From positions 5,047,156 through 5,083,930 of the forward strand of contig NC_057753.1 in assembly GCF_004010195.1 (NCBI RefSeq): DNA of 36,775 nucleotides. Reading direction: 5' to 3'. The first letter of the stretch is position 1. Each line of letters begins with the position of its first letter. Positions 10,829 to 23,070 of the stretch are shown here, piece by piece. The position numbers were made by a program, and so were the translations under genes. This DNA is from Chiloscyllium plagiosum (Eukaryota). A model generated the notes under the pieces. The model was not told where the DNA came from, did no database searches, and worked only from the letters and a program-made list of their open reading frames with translations.

Positions 10829-11318
10829 GAGGGTTCAGAAAAGATTGACAAGGATGTTGCCAGGGTTGAAGGATCTGAGCTATAGGGAGAGGCTGAACAG
10901 GCTGGGGCTGTTTTCCCTGGAGCGTCGGAAGTTGAGGCGTGACCTTATAGAGGTTTACAAAATCATGAGGGGCATGGATAGGGTAAATAGACAAAGTTTT
11001 TTCCCTCGGGTCGGGGAGTCTAGAACTAGAAGGCATAGGTTTAGGGTGAGAGGGGAAAGATATAAAAGAGACCCAAAGGGCAACTTTTCCACACAGAGGG
11101 TGGTACGTGTATGGAGTGAGCTGCCAGAGGAAGTGGTGGAGGCTGGTACAATTGCAACTTTTAAAAGGCATTTGGATGGGTATATGAATAGGAAGGGTTT
11201 GGAGGGATATGGGCTGGGCGCTGGCAGGAGGGACTAGATTAGATTGGGATATCTGGTCGGCATGGACGGGTTGGACCAAAGGGTCTGTTTCCATGCTGTA
11301 CACCTCTATGACTATGAC
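10829..11318 (+). mobile_element. HER1-like CR1 LINE 3' end
   Basis: LSYRERLNRLGLFSLERRKLRRDLIEVYKIM...WSELPEEVVEAGTIATFKRHLD, with tail ctatgactatgact. Confidence 0.9.
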
Positions 11319-11375
11319 TAAGTGAAGGATGATTTTTATGCAGTGACAGGGAAAGACCGGGAACTCAATTCTTAC

Positions 11376-11482
11376 ATTCAAATGTCACAAGTATCCAGGT
11401 CCTGAAGAATCAAACTGCTGTCAGACCTCAATGTGACGCCTGGTTTGTGTTTCCTTAATGTAAATCTTCCACTCGCAATACC
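11376..11482 (-). other. Putative non-coding 5' exon of the 8080-9207 ZNF gene
   Basis: Acceptor cttttgcag| at 11483-11484 and donor |gtaag at 11374-11375. Similar to 9205-9316. Confidence 0.55.
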
Positions 11483-11559
11483 CTGCAAAAGGAGGTACAA
11501 AAGCTATTACTTTCAGTTCAGAATGGAAAATCTCTTAGTTTAACTTTGCCCTAACCAGA

Positions 11560-11975
11560 CTCGAAAATGTGGAACTGGAAAAGCACAGCAGGTCAGGCAG
11601 CATCCGAGGAGCAAGGGAATTGACATTCTGAGAATAAGCCCTTCATCAGGAATGTAGAGGGGGAAGGTGGCTGAGAGATAAATAGGAGGGGCGGTTGGGG
11701 CTGAGGTGGGGGGGGGGGTGATCATGCTGGTCAGAGCGGAAGGTGCAGCAGATAGATGGGAAGGAAAACGGGACAGGTAGGCAGAATGAATAGCTACTAA
11801 TGGGGACTGTTAGTGGCTGCCACTGGGTTGTTTGCGGTAGGGGTGGCACTGGAAAAGATAAGCAGGTCAGGCAGCGTCCAAGGAGAAGGAGAATTAATGT
11901 TTCGGGCATAAGTCCTTCATCAGCTCCACACTTTTCCACTCCGATCTCCAGCATCTGCAGTCCTCACTTTCTCTC
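11560..11975 (-). mobile_element. Two tandem PLE terminal repeats
   Basis: ctggaaaag..gcaggtcaggcagc..ccttcatcag occurs at ~11575-11650 and ~11850-11923. Confidence 0.7.
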
Positions 11976-12125
11976 TATACCTTCAACCAATCCATTCTCG
12001 TATAACTGCAATACTGACACCTGCCAATGGGTCCAATTGAACAGATCCTCCAAATCAGTCTATTGCTGGCAGCAAACTGATGACAGACATTATCAACCAT
12101 ACTACCAAACATTACTTTGTTACAA

Positions 12126-12236
12126 ATCACACAACACCAAGTTATAGTCCAACAGGTTCATTTGGAAGCACTAGCTTTCGGAGCGTTGCTTCTTCATCAG
12201 GAGGTTCATCAGGACAACCACCTGATGAAGAAGCAG
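12126..12236 (-). mobile_element. PLE terminal repeat with near-intact hammerhead core and short inverted partner
   Basis: Minus strand 12203-12169 reads ctcCTGATGAagaagcaacgctccGAAAgcTAgtg. An inverted cacctgatgaagaagc sits at ~12219. Confidence 0.7.
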
Positions 12237-12560
12237 AACCTTAACTTACCTCCTGACTCCTTAAAGCCTGTTCATCAACTGCAAGGCACAGGCCAGCTGG
12301 ACAATAGAATTCTCTTCATTGCCTGAATGAGCAAACTCACAGAGAGAAGTAGGAACACAAATAGATGCAAAATTACATGGACAGGTTAAATGAGTTGTCA
12401 GCAAGTTGAGAGATGGCGAGTACGACGCCATGGACACTGAGGAAACCCAACACCACCCAGCACAAAGCCTCATGTTTGACTCCCCTCTCACATTCAATCC
12501 GCCCACCATCAATCCGCAATAGCTGCAGTGTGCACTGTGGACAAGATGCACTGCAGCGGA

Positions 12561-12630
12561 TTGCCCCCTATAAAGATGGCGATTGAGCATGCGCTCCAAC
12601 GCCCATTGCCCCGTACAAAGATGGCGGCTG
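12561..12630. promoter_or_regulatory. Twin YY1-like module with NRF1-like spacer
   Basis: aagatggcg at 12573 and 12618 (45 bp apart), with gagcatgcgc between them. Confidence 0.6.
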
Positions 12631-12695
12631 CAAACACGGGTCTGCGGTCTGGAGAAAAGCGGCAGTTGTCAAATCGGAACACACCTGGAGCTTCT

Positions 12696-12900
12696 TACTC
12701 ACGGTTTGTAGCGTACAGCGAGTGTTCATAAAGCCACCGCACCCATTCCCCGGCTAAATCAGTCCTCCCCTGCTATCTCAATTCGCCTCCTGCCCTCCTC
12801 CCTGATCCTGCCTGAGGTTCCCGCTAGTGCTTGGAATGCGCATGCGCCATTCATTGCCACCAGTGCGCTTGCGCCAGGCTCTTCCGCAGGAAGAGGAGGC
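12696..12900 (-). promoter_or_regulatory. Likely promoter and exon 1 of the 8080-9207 ZNF gene
   Basis: Minus-strand donor cc|gtgagta at ~12702, NRF1 palindrome tgcgcatgcgc at ~12837-12847 and local CpG enrichment. Confidence 0.55.
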
Positions 12901-13438
12901 GAGTTGTGCATCTGGGTTAAGTTAGTGATACGTGAAATGTCATACAGTACTTCTACTGTGTGCAAGCCATCGATTTTTGTTTAAGATTAGAGCCGCAGAT
13001 GTACATTTCTCTTTCTTTTCACACACGCCGTTGTCATCATCTGGAATGCATTTCCCAAAAGAAATTTGGATCATTGGCTGAAGGGGAGCATTTGCAAGTC
13101 TTTGGGGAAAACGTAGAAGGCGGGCACCAGGTGAATTATTCTAGCAGAAAGCCAGCACGGAAAGAATAGCCTGAATGACTTGCTGCTGTGTTATAAGTAT
13201 TCTGCAATTCTAATCGATTAGATAAATAACAGATTAAATCAAATAGAGAAATATGAACAGTTGTATTTTGATGGTTGAATAATTTAACTATGTACTATTA
13301 TTTATCAGCTTTGAGCGTCCAGTATCTGCAAATTTAATTCCTTAGAAATATAAATTATTCAGATTCCCTGGCTTCTGGTGTTATGTTAAACCACCCTGCC
13401 TGCTGTTAATTTTATTACTTTTGATGGTGTTTCCAGTA

Positions 13439-13716
13439 TTTAGATTAGATTGTTTACAGTGTGGAAACAGGCCCTTTGACCCAACAAGTCCACACTGACC
13501 CAGACCCATTTACCCCTTCACCTAACACTACGGGCAATTTAGCATAGCCAATTCACCTAACCTGCACATTTTTGGACTGTGGGAGGAAACCGGAGCACAC
13601 GGAGGAAACCCACACAGACATGGGGAGAATGAGCAAACACAGACAGTCACTTGAGGCGGGAATTGAACTCGGGTCTCTGGCGCTGTGAGGTAGCAGTGTT
13701 AACCGCCGTGCCGCCC
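13439..13716 (-). mobile_element. HE1-like SINE
   Basis: HE1-like head and tail. Confidence 0.9.
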
Positions 13717-13719
13717 ACA

Positions 13720-14470
13720 ACCGGGGAAATGAAGCTGCTGATCATCACTCTAAAATTAGGATAAGAAAGGAAATCGATGAGTTCAGCCCCAACCAGCGGG
13801 ACAACAGTGGAGAGGAGTTGGAGGAGAATGGGATGATCAACATGTGAAATGCTGCAGACAGGTCAAGAAGGATAAAGCAGGAGATTACCACACTCTAGGT
13901 CAAAGTTTGTCAATTGTGACTTCAATAAAGATGAGATTTGATATTGCAGTAGGGGCAGAACCATATCAGTGGGATTTGAACATGGAATTCCAGGAATGAT
14001 GGGTAGAAATCTGGATAGGTGATGAAACATACAAGGATTCTGGAGATGTAAGAGAAATTGGAGATTGATTGGTGCTTTGCAAGGACAGTATAACCAAGGG
14101 TGTGCTTTTGAAGAAGGGGTGATAATGCCTTTTTTGAGGGAACGAGGGGCAAGACTTGAAGAAAGAGATGGAGAAAACCATCAAAATTATCAGTGAATGT
14201 TGGAGGCTTTGTGACCACTTACTGGGAATAGGGATGATGGAGCAAGAGGTGCACCTCAAGGACAAGGTGCACACCTTATGGTCACATGGGGAGTTGGGAA
14301 AGAAACTGAAGGAAGATATGGGTTCAGGCAAAGGGCATACTGAGAGGCAGTTTAGCCTGCTAGGCTAGTGTAAGTGAGGGAAGCAGCAGAGGCAGCTAAT
14401 CGGATAGTCTCAAACTTAATCACAAAAAAGCCATGTGAGCTCCTCACACGTGTTGCTGGAGAAGGCAGAG
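13720..14470 (-). mobile_element. Old non-LTR (L2/CR1-like) reverse transcriptase remnant
   Basis: PLLQKHTLGYTVLAKHQSISNFSYISRIL resembles the PLLKK....LxNYRPISNLPFLSKVL motif of LINE RTs. Confidence 0.65.
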
Positions 14471-14688
14471 GAGGACAATCATTCAAAAGGAACTAACTTG
14501 AGTTAGAGATATTAACAAGAGTTGACATACTTGTGCTGAACACAAAGCTGATTTATTTGACTTTCATCTGCATTATTAGACCTTATAAGAAATTCAGTAA
14601 CATCACCTGAAGCAGACCCCAATGAACGTGGTTCAGTCCTGGATGTGATTAACCACCACCCCTCCCAGCAAACTCCAATCACTTGTTG

Positions 14689-15558
14689 CTACTTGTGAAC
14701 TCGCTGGTGTGTCAGCAAGTGGGATGAGGTTGTGAATCCTTTCCCACACTCAGAGCAGGTGAACGGCCTTTCCCCAGAGTGAAATCGCTGATGTGTCAGC
14801 AGTTTCGATGACTGGATAAATCCCTTCCCACACTCTGAACAAGTGAATGGCCTCTCCCCAGTATGAATTCGCTGGTGCACCTGCAGGCTGGATAACTGAG
14901 TGAACCCCTTCCCACAGTCAGGGCAGATGAACGGCCGCTCCCCTGTGTGAAGTCGCTGGTGTTTCAGCAAGTTGGATGAACAAGTGAATCTCTTTTCACA
15001 CTTGGAGCAGATGAATGGCCTTTCCCCAGTGTGAACTCGCTGGTGAACAGTGAGCTCATACGACCTCTTGAACCCAGTCCCGCAGTGAGAGCACCTGAAC
15101 GGTTTCTCATCAGTGTGAACACGTTGGTGGGACATCAGTTCGCCAGACGTTTTATAACATTTCTCGCAGTGTGTACATTTAAAAGGTCTCTCATCGGTGT
15201 GATCACGTTGATGAGCCATCAATTCGCCAGAACGCTTGTAGCACTTCCCACAGACGAGGCATTTAAAAGGTTTCTCCCCAGTGTGAACACGCTGGTGTAT
15301 CACCAGGGTAGATAAGGCAGTAAAACCCTTCTCACATTTGGAGCAGGTGAATGGTTTCTCCCCTGTGTGACAACGGCGGTGAGCTTCCAGCTGAGATGGA
15401 TAATTGAATCCCTTTCCACAGTCCCCGCATGTCCAGCTCTTGTCCTTCTCATGACTGCAATTGTGTTCTGACAGGTCAGATGATTGGCTAAACCCTTGCC
15501 CACATACAGAACACATATACGGTTCCTCTTCGCTGTGAACGGTACTCTTTCCTTCCAT
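14689..15558 (-). CDS. C2H2 zinc-finger protein, 10 fingers
   Basis: Ten CxxC..HxxxH repeats. ATG at 15558, acceptor at 15674-15675, AATAAA at 14552-14557. Confidence 0.92.
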   Translation of the reverse strand: MEGKSTVHSEEEPYMCSVCGQGFSQSSDLSEHNCSHEKDKSWTCGDCGKGFNYPSQLEAHRRCHTGEKPFTCSKCEKGFTALSTLVIHQRVHTGEKPFKCLVCGKCYKRSGELMAHQRDHTDERPFKCTHCEKCYKTSGELMSHQRVHTDEKPFRCSHCGTGFKRSYELTVHQRVHTGERPFICSKCEKRFTCSSNLLKHQRLHTGERPFICPDCGKGFTQLSSLQVHQRIHTGERPFTCSECGKGFIQSSKLLTHQRFHSGERPFTCSECGKGFTTSSHLLTHQRVHK

Positions 15559-16199
15559 GCTCAAATCCTACAATACTGAGGACACGATAACTTGGACAAC
15601 TTTGTCAGATCCTGCTGCGATGTTTGGTTGCAGTTTCCCCGCGTGCAAAAACAAAATGTCCCCTTCTCTCAACCTGTGAAAAAGAATTGAAATAGAAAAA
15701 CAGGGCATGAGTGAGAAGCCACAAAAACACAAAAGGAGAGTGTGAAATTGAGCAGAATGAGTCTGGTAATCTAGCTGGCACAAGTGGTAAAAGCTGCTGA
15801 ATTGTCGAAAAACCCAACTGCCATGTAAAAGTCAGATTTTTTAAGACTTTTTTTATGGGTTCAATTTATACGTTTGACTAATACACGAGCACTAGTTTTG
15901 AGGGGCTGAAGTTCATGCTGCAGTTTGAAATACCATATTATTAGCAGAAGTCAATTTGATCATACGTGTAATCCCGGGTAAAGAAGAAAAACACAATGAA
16001 TTACGGTAAAGTTAATTACCGGATCAAAGCAAGAGAAACAAGAATGAAGGTGGTAAATTTTATTTATACAGGTAGTGAATTTTATTTATACATACAGGTA
16101 TGAAAATTCAAAATGATCTGTCAGCCTTACAGTGGTCATAGAAAACATGACAATCTGTTTTAAAGCTTATGATTAAAAAGACACTTGGATAATTATTTG

Positions 16200-16525
16200 G
16201 GGCAGCACTGTGGCTCAATGGTTAGCACTACTGCCTCTTAATGCCAGGAACCCAGGTTCAATTCCACCCTCAGGTGACTGTGTGGAGTTTGCACGTTCAC
16301 CTCCCAACACACACGCACACCGGGTCTGCGTGGGTTCCCTCCAGGTGGTCTAGTTTCCTCCCACAGTCCAAAGATGTGCAAGTTAGATGGATTTGCCATG
16401 CTAGATGGATTAGCTATGGGAAATGCATGGTTACACGGATACGTTAAGGGTTGGGATGCTCTTCAGCAGGTCAGTGTGGACTTGGTGGGCTGAATGGCCT
16501 GCTTCTATAATGTAGGGATTCTATA
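16200..16525 (+). mobile_element. HE1-like SINE (diverged)
   Basis: Head ggcagcactgtggctcaatggttagcact, and cccacagtccaaagatgtgca. Confidence 0.85.
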
Positions 16526-16850
16526 ACGACTTGATTGGACATAGCATGGATTGTGAGAGGGAAATGATGTTTGACAAAATTGTTGGAGTGTTTTGAAGAT
16601 GTCACTCTCAAAATTGATAAAAGGAAAACCAATGAATGTAGAACCACTGCAGTCCTTAGGGCAGCCGCAGTGTTGTCAGGATGGATGTAGATCAGATGGT
16701 CATATTCCAAAATATTTGCAAATGGCCGCATTCCAATCCATTTGTGGCCTTATCTTCTGGGTGTTGGAACTTGGGTTTTTGTTTGAACACCTATAGAATT
16801 CTGTCAGAAGTGTTTGGGTGAGTTCCTGCAGCTGATCTTGTAAATGGTAC

Positions 16851-17179
16851 AGATTAGATTGGATTCCCTACGGTGTGGAAACAGGCCCTTCGGCCCAACT
16901 AGTCCACACCGATCCTCCGAAGAGCAACCCACCCAGACCCACTCCCCGTATTTCCCTCTGACTAATGCACCTAACTCTATGGGCAATTTAGCATGACCAA
17001 TTCACCTGACCTGCACATCTTTGTGACTGTGGGAGGAAACCAGAGCACCCGGAGGAAACCCACGCAGACACAGGGAGAATGTGCAAACTCCACACAGACA
17101 GTCGCCCAAGGCTGGAATTGAACCCGGGTCCCTGCTGCTGTGAGGCAGCAGTGCTAACCACTAAGCCACAGTGCCACCC
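16851..17179 (-). mobile_element. HE1-like SINE
   Basis: Full-length copy with agatt-repeat tail. Confidence 0.9.
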
Positions 17180-17659
17180 TAAGATTGCTGGCACTGTGCA
17201 TTGTGGTGAGGGGAGTGAATATTAATGGAAGTGGATTGGAGGTTATTGACTTTATCTGCCTGTCCTACTGCCTTCAGTCAATATACCTACAAACCAAGGT
17301 CCCTCTGATCATCCAGGTTGCTTTGGAAATCAATGAGGTTGCTTTGTCCTGGATAGTATCAAGCTTATTGAGTGTTGTTGGATCTGTACTCATCCAGCAA
17401 GTGGGGAGTATTCCACTGCACTCCTGACTTTTGGATGGTGGACAGGCTTTGGAGAATCCAGAATTTGAAGAAATTGAGATTGTTCTCTTGGCAGCAAAGG
17501 AGATTGGCAGGATATTTGATCGAGGTATTTGTAATCAAGATAAGTAGGGTATCTACAAATTGTTTTCATTAGCTGACCATAAAAGGATTATGGGACAAAG
17601 ATTTCAGGCAACATTTCTGCAGGTCAAGTGACGATTAAACTATGAAATTTAGGTTAGTG

Positions 17660-18520
17660 ATAATGACCTGGAGGCTTTTGACAAAGTTTCATATGACAGA
17701 CAGGGTAACAAACTAAAAGCCCATGGGATCCAGAGTAATTTGTTAAATTGGATCCAAAACTGGCTTAGTTACAAGACGGTGATAATCGAAGGATGTTTTT
17801 GTGACTGGAAACCTGTGTTTATGGCATATCACAGGCTTCGATCCTCTGTTGTTTTCAGTGTACACTAATGGTTGAGTCATGAATTTAGGAGGTATAATCA
17901 GTAAGTCTGGGTGAGAAATGAAAATAAGTGGTGTGGTAAATAGCATGGAGAAAACTCTGAGACTACAGTACAATACAGACAGGCTGAACAGTGGCAAAAC
18001 ATGAGAGGTGATGGGAGGACTAACGAGGCAAGGGAGGATGTATTGAATGGTTGGACATTTGGAATTTTAGATGATCAGAGGGACCTTGGTTCATAGGTAT
18101 ATTGACTGAAGGCAGTAGGACAGGCAGATAAAGTCAATAAGAGAGCATATATCCCTTTTTAGTCAAAGCACTAAATAGATGAGCAAGGTGGTTAAATGCA
18201 GCTACATGTAACATTAGTTATGCCATAGCTGGCATACTGGAAAGAGTAGAGGAGCCTCACCAGGATGTTGCCTCTGCCAGAGCAAATCACCAATGAAGAC
18301 AAAGAAAGTAGGATGGGTTTGCTTTCCTGCGAACGGAGAAGGCGACAAGGGGACCTGACACAAAATTACGAGGGTCAATAGATAGGGTACACAGGGAGAG
18401 ATTTATCTCCTTCATTTCAGGGTCAATAACCAGAGATACAGTTTTAAGGGAAAGTGCAGCAGGTTTAGAGGGGGATTTGAAGTATTCTTTCAAAAAACCC
18501 AGAGTGTGGCGGGCATCTGC
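17660..18520 (+). mobile_element. Old CR1-like ORF2 remnant
   Basis: gcttttgacaaagtt (AFDKV), tggatccaaaactggctt (WIQNWL) and agggaccttggt (RDLG) motifs occur in order. Confidence 0.65.
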
Positions 18521-18526
18521 AATTCC

Positions 18527-19095
18527 ATAAGACCATAGGAGTGGAAGCAAGGCCATTCGTCCCATCGAGTCCACTCTGCCATTTAATCATGGCTGATGGG
18601 CGATTCAATTCCACTTACCCGCACTCTCCTTGTATCCCTTAATTCCTTGTGAGATCAAGAATTTATCAATCTCTGCCTTGAAGACATTTAACGTCTCGAC
18701 GCCCACTGCGCTACGTGGCAATGAATTCCACAGGCCCACCACTCTCTGGCTGAAGAAATGTCTCCTCATTTCCTTTCTAAATTGACCCCCTCTAATTCTA
18801 AGGCTGTGCCCAAGGGTCCTAGTCACCCTGCCTAACAGAAACAATTTCCCAGCTTCCACCCTTTCTAAGCCATGCATTATCTTGTAAATTTCTATTCGAT
18901 CTCCCCTCAACCTTGTAAACTCTAATTAATACAGTCCAGGGATCCTCAGCCGATCATCATATGTTAGGTCTACCATTCTAGGGATCAACCGTATGAATCT
19001 CCGCTGGACACGCACCAGTGCCAGCGTGTCCTTCCTGAGGTGTGGGGCCCAAAATTGGACACAATATTCTAAATGGGGCCCAACTAGAGCTTTGC
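18527..19095 (-). mobile_element. CR1-clade LINE 3' end
   Basis: MRGDRIEIYKIMHGLERV...FFSQRVVGLWNSLP...FKAEIDKFL. Confidence 0.88.
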
Positions 19096-19099
19096 TGAA

Positions 19100-19190
19100 A
19101 ACTCGTTGCTGGAAAAGCGCAGCAGGTCAGGCAGCATCCAAGGAGCAGGAGAATCGACATTTCGGACATGAGCCCTTCTTCAGGAAAGAA
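19100..19190 (-). mobile_element. Short PLE terminus
   Basis: gctggaaaagcgcagcaggtcaggcagcatcc...tttcggacatgagcccttcttcag. The flank ctagagcttt is repeated on both sides. Confidence 0.65.
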
Positions 19191-19404
19191 GGACTTTATC
19201 AAGAGCTTTAACTAGAGCTTTATCAAGTCTAAGAATTCACTACCTAAAAGGGTGGTGGAGATGCCCTGAAACATTTTGATGAAATGTCATATCAAATAAG
19301 ACTACCAGTCAAGTGCTGTAACATCAGGTAAGAATGCATGGAGCTTGATAACCAGCGCAGACACAATGGGCCAAATGGTCTTTTTATTCCCTTTTATGAC
19401 TTAC

Positions 19405-19489
19405 TCTCAAAGGTCGATAATATCTAGGTCCTGATGAATATTTGTTAGATTTTGATGAGACGTTGGGTTGGCTGGATTCCTGTAATATT
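19405..19489 (-). other. Putative non-coding 5' exon of the 14689-15558 ZNF gene
   Basis: Acceptor tttctttacag| at 19490-19491 and donor |gtaagt at 19403-19404. Confidence 0.55.
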
Positions 19490-19577
19490 CTGTAAAGAAA
19501 TGTAGAAGTTCATCACTATCAGCCAAAGACAGAAATTCATAAGAATTGTCTTGAATTGAGTTCGCTGTGTGTGGGAA

Positions 19578-19690
19578 TGCCCCAGTAAATGGGAGACTGC
19601 ACATGCGCCCTAGTACACCCTGCCCCCTACAAAAATGGCGGCACCGCATGTGTCACACAAAATCTTGCCCCCGATAAAGATGGCGCCGGA
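19578..19690. promoter_or_regulatory. Triple YY1/NRF1-like module
   Basis: tgcccc at 19578, 19621 and 19666, each followed by an aa(g/a)atgg-type core. The first two units also carry catg-centred NRF1-like motifs. Confidence 0.6.
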
Positions 19691-19779
19691 ACCCCGGGCC
19701 TGTCACCGCCCGAGGCCTTCAGCCGCTTTCCCGTTCGCCTGCAAACACGGCACCGGGAGTTTCTATTTTCGGTTTTCAG

Positions 19780-20140
19780 GGCCTACACCTGAAGTTCAGG
19801 AAACGTCCCAGCCCACACCAACACAAATTCTCTCCGCTGTTCCACCCTTTTTTAGCCTCCCTTTTACCTCCCGCACTGAGTCACAGCATCTTCTTTGTGG
19901 TGAGGGGGGCGCGCGTGGGCGTTGACAGCGGTCACGTGTAGCACGCTGACCACGCCCCCCCGTGGCCGCTCCGATTGGTCGGTGGGCCGCTCGCCCACCC
20001 CCTTTGTCCGTCAACAACGTCCACCCGTCTAATTGGTCCAGGGCCACCGTCAATCACCAGGAGGACCGGTGAGACCTGGAGCATGCGCTGAGGCTGGAGA
20101 CAAGCGGCCGCGAGGGCGGAGGGGGCAGGTAGGAGGCGCC
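19780..20140. promoter_or_regulatory. CpG-rich, probably bidirectional promoter between divergent ZNF genes
   Basis: CpG-dense, with E-box cacgtg, two ATTGG, GC boxes and TGATTGACGG on - (20047-20056). Candidate donors point both ways. Confidence 0.65.
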
Positions 20141-20881
20141 TGGCTTGCTCAAGGGAGGCTTCATTGAGACCTTCTGCAGACCCCAGACTCCAAACGAGAA
20201 CATTGCAGTGGAGGGTTCCAAACGCCAGTTGCTCCTTCGGCTCTTCCGTGACCCCTATTGTGCAGCCCAGTTTCAGGCCGCCGTCCTTGGTTTTGCAGGA
20301 TTTCCATAATGTCCTCATGATCAAAACAATTCTTATGCACACAAGGTGAGGGGGAGTTGGCACCAACTGGTGTAGCCAAGTGGGACTGGTGGAAGCAAGT
20401 CATGGAGGTGGTGTGATGGACGTAGATTGCAGGAGCAATGTGTGTGGAAGAAAGGTTTTCTGCGTCGGAGGAACAAGAGAGACTGTTCTATATAAAGCAC
20501 AATAGTCTTATTGTGAACTTGTGTCCTGTGCTTATAGTTACGAATTTTGTACTTTCCCAGCCTGCAAGAAGGGAAGAATTTGCAGACAGAAGCTGAAACC
20601 AAACATTAGATCTACCAGAATCACTTGATTCGTTGAAACTTCAGCATTAACGTCTTTGTTAAATGTGTGGAGAAAGGTTTGAGTTCTGTCTGTGGAAGAA
20701 CATTTCAAACATCAGCGTGACCGAGAAACCCAAGATACACATGCATACTTTGGGCGAGAGTATTTCAACGCACTGGGAATGTGCCACTGTTCACAACAGG
20801 GAGAAACTGTCTGTGTGTGCTGTGCGGGGCCGATGCTTTAGCTGACTGACAAGCCTGGGGAGACACAAGGCCACCCACACC

Positions 20882-21643
20882 ATGAAGAAACCTTGGAAAT
20901 GTGAGGACTGTGGGAAGGGCTTCAAAATCCCATCTGAGCTGGAGATTCATCGCCGCAGTCATACTGGCGAGAGACCATTCACCTGTTCTGTGTGTGGGAA
21001 GGGGTTCGCTCAGTTGGCTGTCTTGCTGAGACACCAGCGCATTCATACTGGAGTGAGACCGTTCACCTGCTCTGAGTGTGGCAAAGGATTCACTCAGCAA
21101 ACCCACCTTGCTTCGCACCAACGTGTCCACTCTGATGCGAAGCCTTTTAAATGCCTAACATGTGGGAAGTGTTATAAAAGTTCCCAGCAACTGATGCGCC
21201 ATCAACCTGTTCACACTGATGAGAGACCGTTCAAGTGCTCTGAGTGTGAAATGGGATTCACTCACTCGTCCCACCTGCTAATACATCAGCGGGTGCACAC
21301 GGGCGAGAGACCCTTTAAATGCTCAGACTGTGAGAAGTGCTATAAAAGTTCTGGGGAACTGATGTCCCATCAACGTGTCCACACTGATGAGAGGCCGTTC
21401 AGATGCTCTCACTGTGGTTCAGGGTTCAGGCGATCATCTCATCTCACTAAACACCAACTAGTTCACACTGGGGAGAAACCTTTCATCTGCTCAGAATGTG
21501 GAAAGAGATTCACTCAGTCATCCAACCTGCAGAGCCACCAGCGTGTTCACTCCGATCTGAGATCTTTTAAATGCTCTGCCTGTGAGGAGAGCTTTAAAAG
21601 CAGCAGTGACCTGCTTAAACACCAGCAAATTCACACTGGATAG
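20882..21643 (+). CDS. C2H2 zinc-finger protein, 9 fingers (trimmed at both ends)
   Basis: Nine canonical fingers and an acceptor at 20559-20560. Decayed fingers lie before the ATG and after the TAG. Confidence 0.85.
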   Translation: MKKPWKCEDCGKGFKIPSELEIHRRSHTGERPFTCSVCGKGFAQLAVLLRHQRIHTGVRPFTCSECGKGFTQQTHLASHQRVHSDAKPFKCLTCGKCYKSSQQLMRHQPVHTDERPFKCSECEMGFTHSSHLLIHQRVHTGERPFKCSDCEKCYKSSGELMSHQRVHTDERPFRCSHCGSGFRRSSHLTKHQLVHTGEKPFICSECGKRFTQSSNLQSHQRVHSDLRSFKCSACEESFKSSSDLLKHQQIHTG

Positions 21644-22099
21644 ATGCCATTTGCCTGCTGCCATGTGTTGGGCAGGGATATACTTGTTTGTGTACGCTGC
21701 AGACCCACCAGCAAGTTCACAAGTGACTGCGAGGGAATGGAAACTGCTGTTTTGCTGCTGTTAGTCTCACCAATTAGAGTTTGTTTGAGTGTGAATGATC
21801 TCTTATAAGTGGACTGGAGTTTAATGCTCTGTATCGAGGTGAAACAGATCAGCTGAGCCAACGAATTTTTTTTAAAAAGCAAAGCTTTTGAGGCTTTGAT
21901 TTATACAGTCACGGAGTCATATAGCATGAAAACAGACCTTTCTGCCCAAACAATTCATGCTGACCATGTTGCCAAACTAAACTACTCCCAGCTGCCTGCG
22001 TTGGACCCATATCCCTCCAAAGCTTTCTTATACATGTATGTATTCTCCCAAATAAGAGACTGTTGATGTCCTATTTTCCTTTTGCAATCTTTTCTTCTT

Positions 22100-22607
22100 T
22101 TTAGTATGCTTTCCTTTATTGGTCAGAGTATTGAGTACAGGAGTTGGGAGGTCATGTTGCGGCNNNNNNNNNNNNNNNNNNNNNNNNNNNNNNNNNNNNN
22201 NNNNNNNNNNNNNNNNNNNNNGGAGGCTGAGGGGTGACCTTATAGAGGTTTACAAAATTATGAGGGGCATGGATAGGATAAATAGACAAAGTCTTTTCCC
22301 TGGGGCGGGGGAGTCTAGAACTAGAGGGCATAGGTTTAGGATGAGAGGGGAAAGATATGAGACCTACGGGGCAACTTTTTCACGCAGAGGGTGGTACGTC
22401 TATGGAATGAGCTGCCAGAGGATGTGGTGGAGGCTGGTATAATTGCAACATTTAAGAGGCATTTGGATGAGTATATGAATAGGAAGGGTTTGGAGGGATA
22501 TGGGCCGGGTGCTGGCAAGTGGGACTAGATTGGGTTGGGATATCTGGTCGGTATGGACGGGTTGGACCGAAGGGTCTGTTTCCATGCTGTACATCTCTAT
22601 GACTCTA
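22100..22607 (+). mobile_element. HER1-like CR1 LINE 3' end spanning an assembly gap (N 22164-22221)
   Basis: RLRGDLIEVYKIMRGMDR and tail ctctatgactcta. Confidence 0.88.
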
Positions 22608-22612
22608 GTGAT

Positions 22613-23070
22613 GGCAATCTGGTATTTATATATCACCTTTCACAACTTCACAATGTCCTGAGGTGCTCCATAGCCAATGAGATTCTTTTGAAATGCAGTG
22701 ACTGTTTGTAATATTGGATAATATACTGGCCATTATTATGCACAGTAAGTTACCCCAAATCAAAATGGGATTTTGATCTGATTCTCTCTCTCTCTCTCTC
22801 TCTACTGATGTTTGTCGAGGAGTATATATTGAGCAGCTCACCAGAGAGAACGCCCTGCTCGTCAGAATTACGTGCATGCTTTGAAAGCTGTCTGAGAGGG
22901 CAGATGGGGGCGTAGGTTGAAGGTTTTTTCTGAAATATGGGACCTTTGACAGTTCAGTCCTCTGTTCTGAATCAGAATATCAACCAGGATGTTATGCTCT
23001 GGTTTCTGGATGTAGACTTGAACCCACAACCTCCTGTCTTAGACGAAAATGCAGCCACTGAGTCAGAAGC
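22613..23070 (-). mobile_element. Ancient Deu-domain SINE (SacSINE1/AmnSINE-like) remnant
   Basis: tRNA B-box remnant (gacttgaaccc on +), Deu-like ctgagagggcagatggggg and an L2-like tail tatttatatatcaccttt. Confidence 0.55.

Noticed and set aside
10797..11381. 194-aa minus-strand ORF
   Set aside because: Antisense to the HER1-like LINE 3' end. The same peptide recurs at other LINE copies.
12561..12630. CRISPR-like repeat-spacer reading of the 45-bp-period module
   Set aside because: Only 2-3 degenerate units, vertebrate context and no cas genes.
22164..22221. 58-N run
   Set aside because: Assembly gap inside a LINE copy, not a biological feature.
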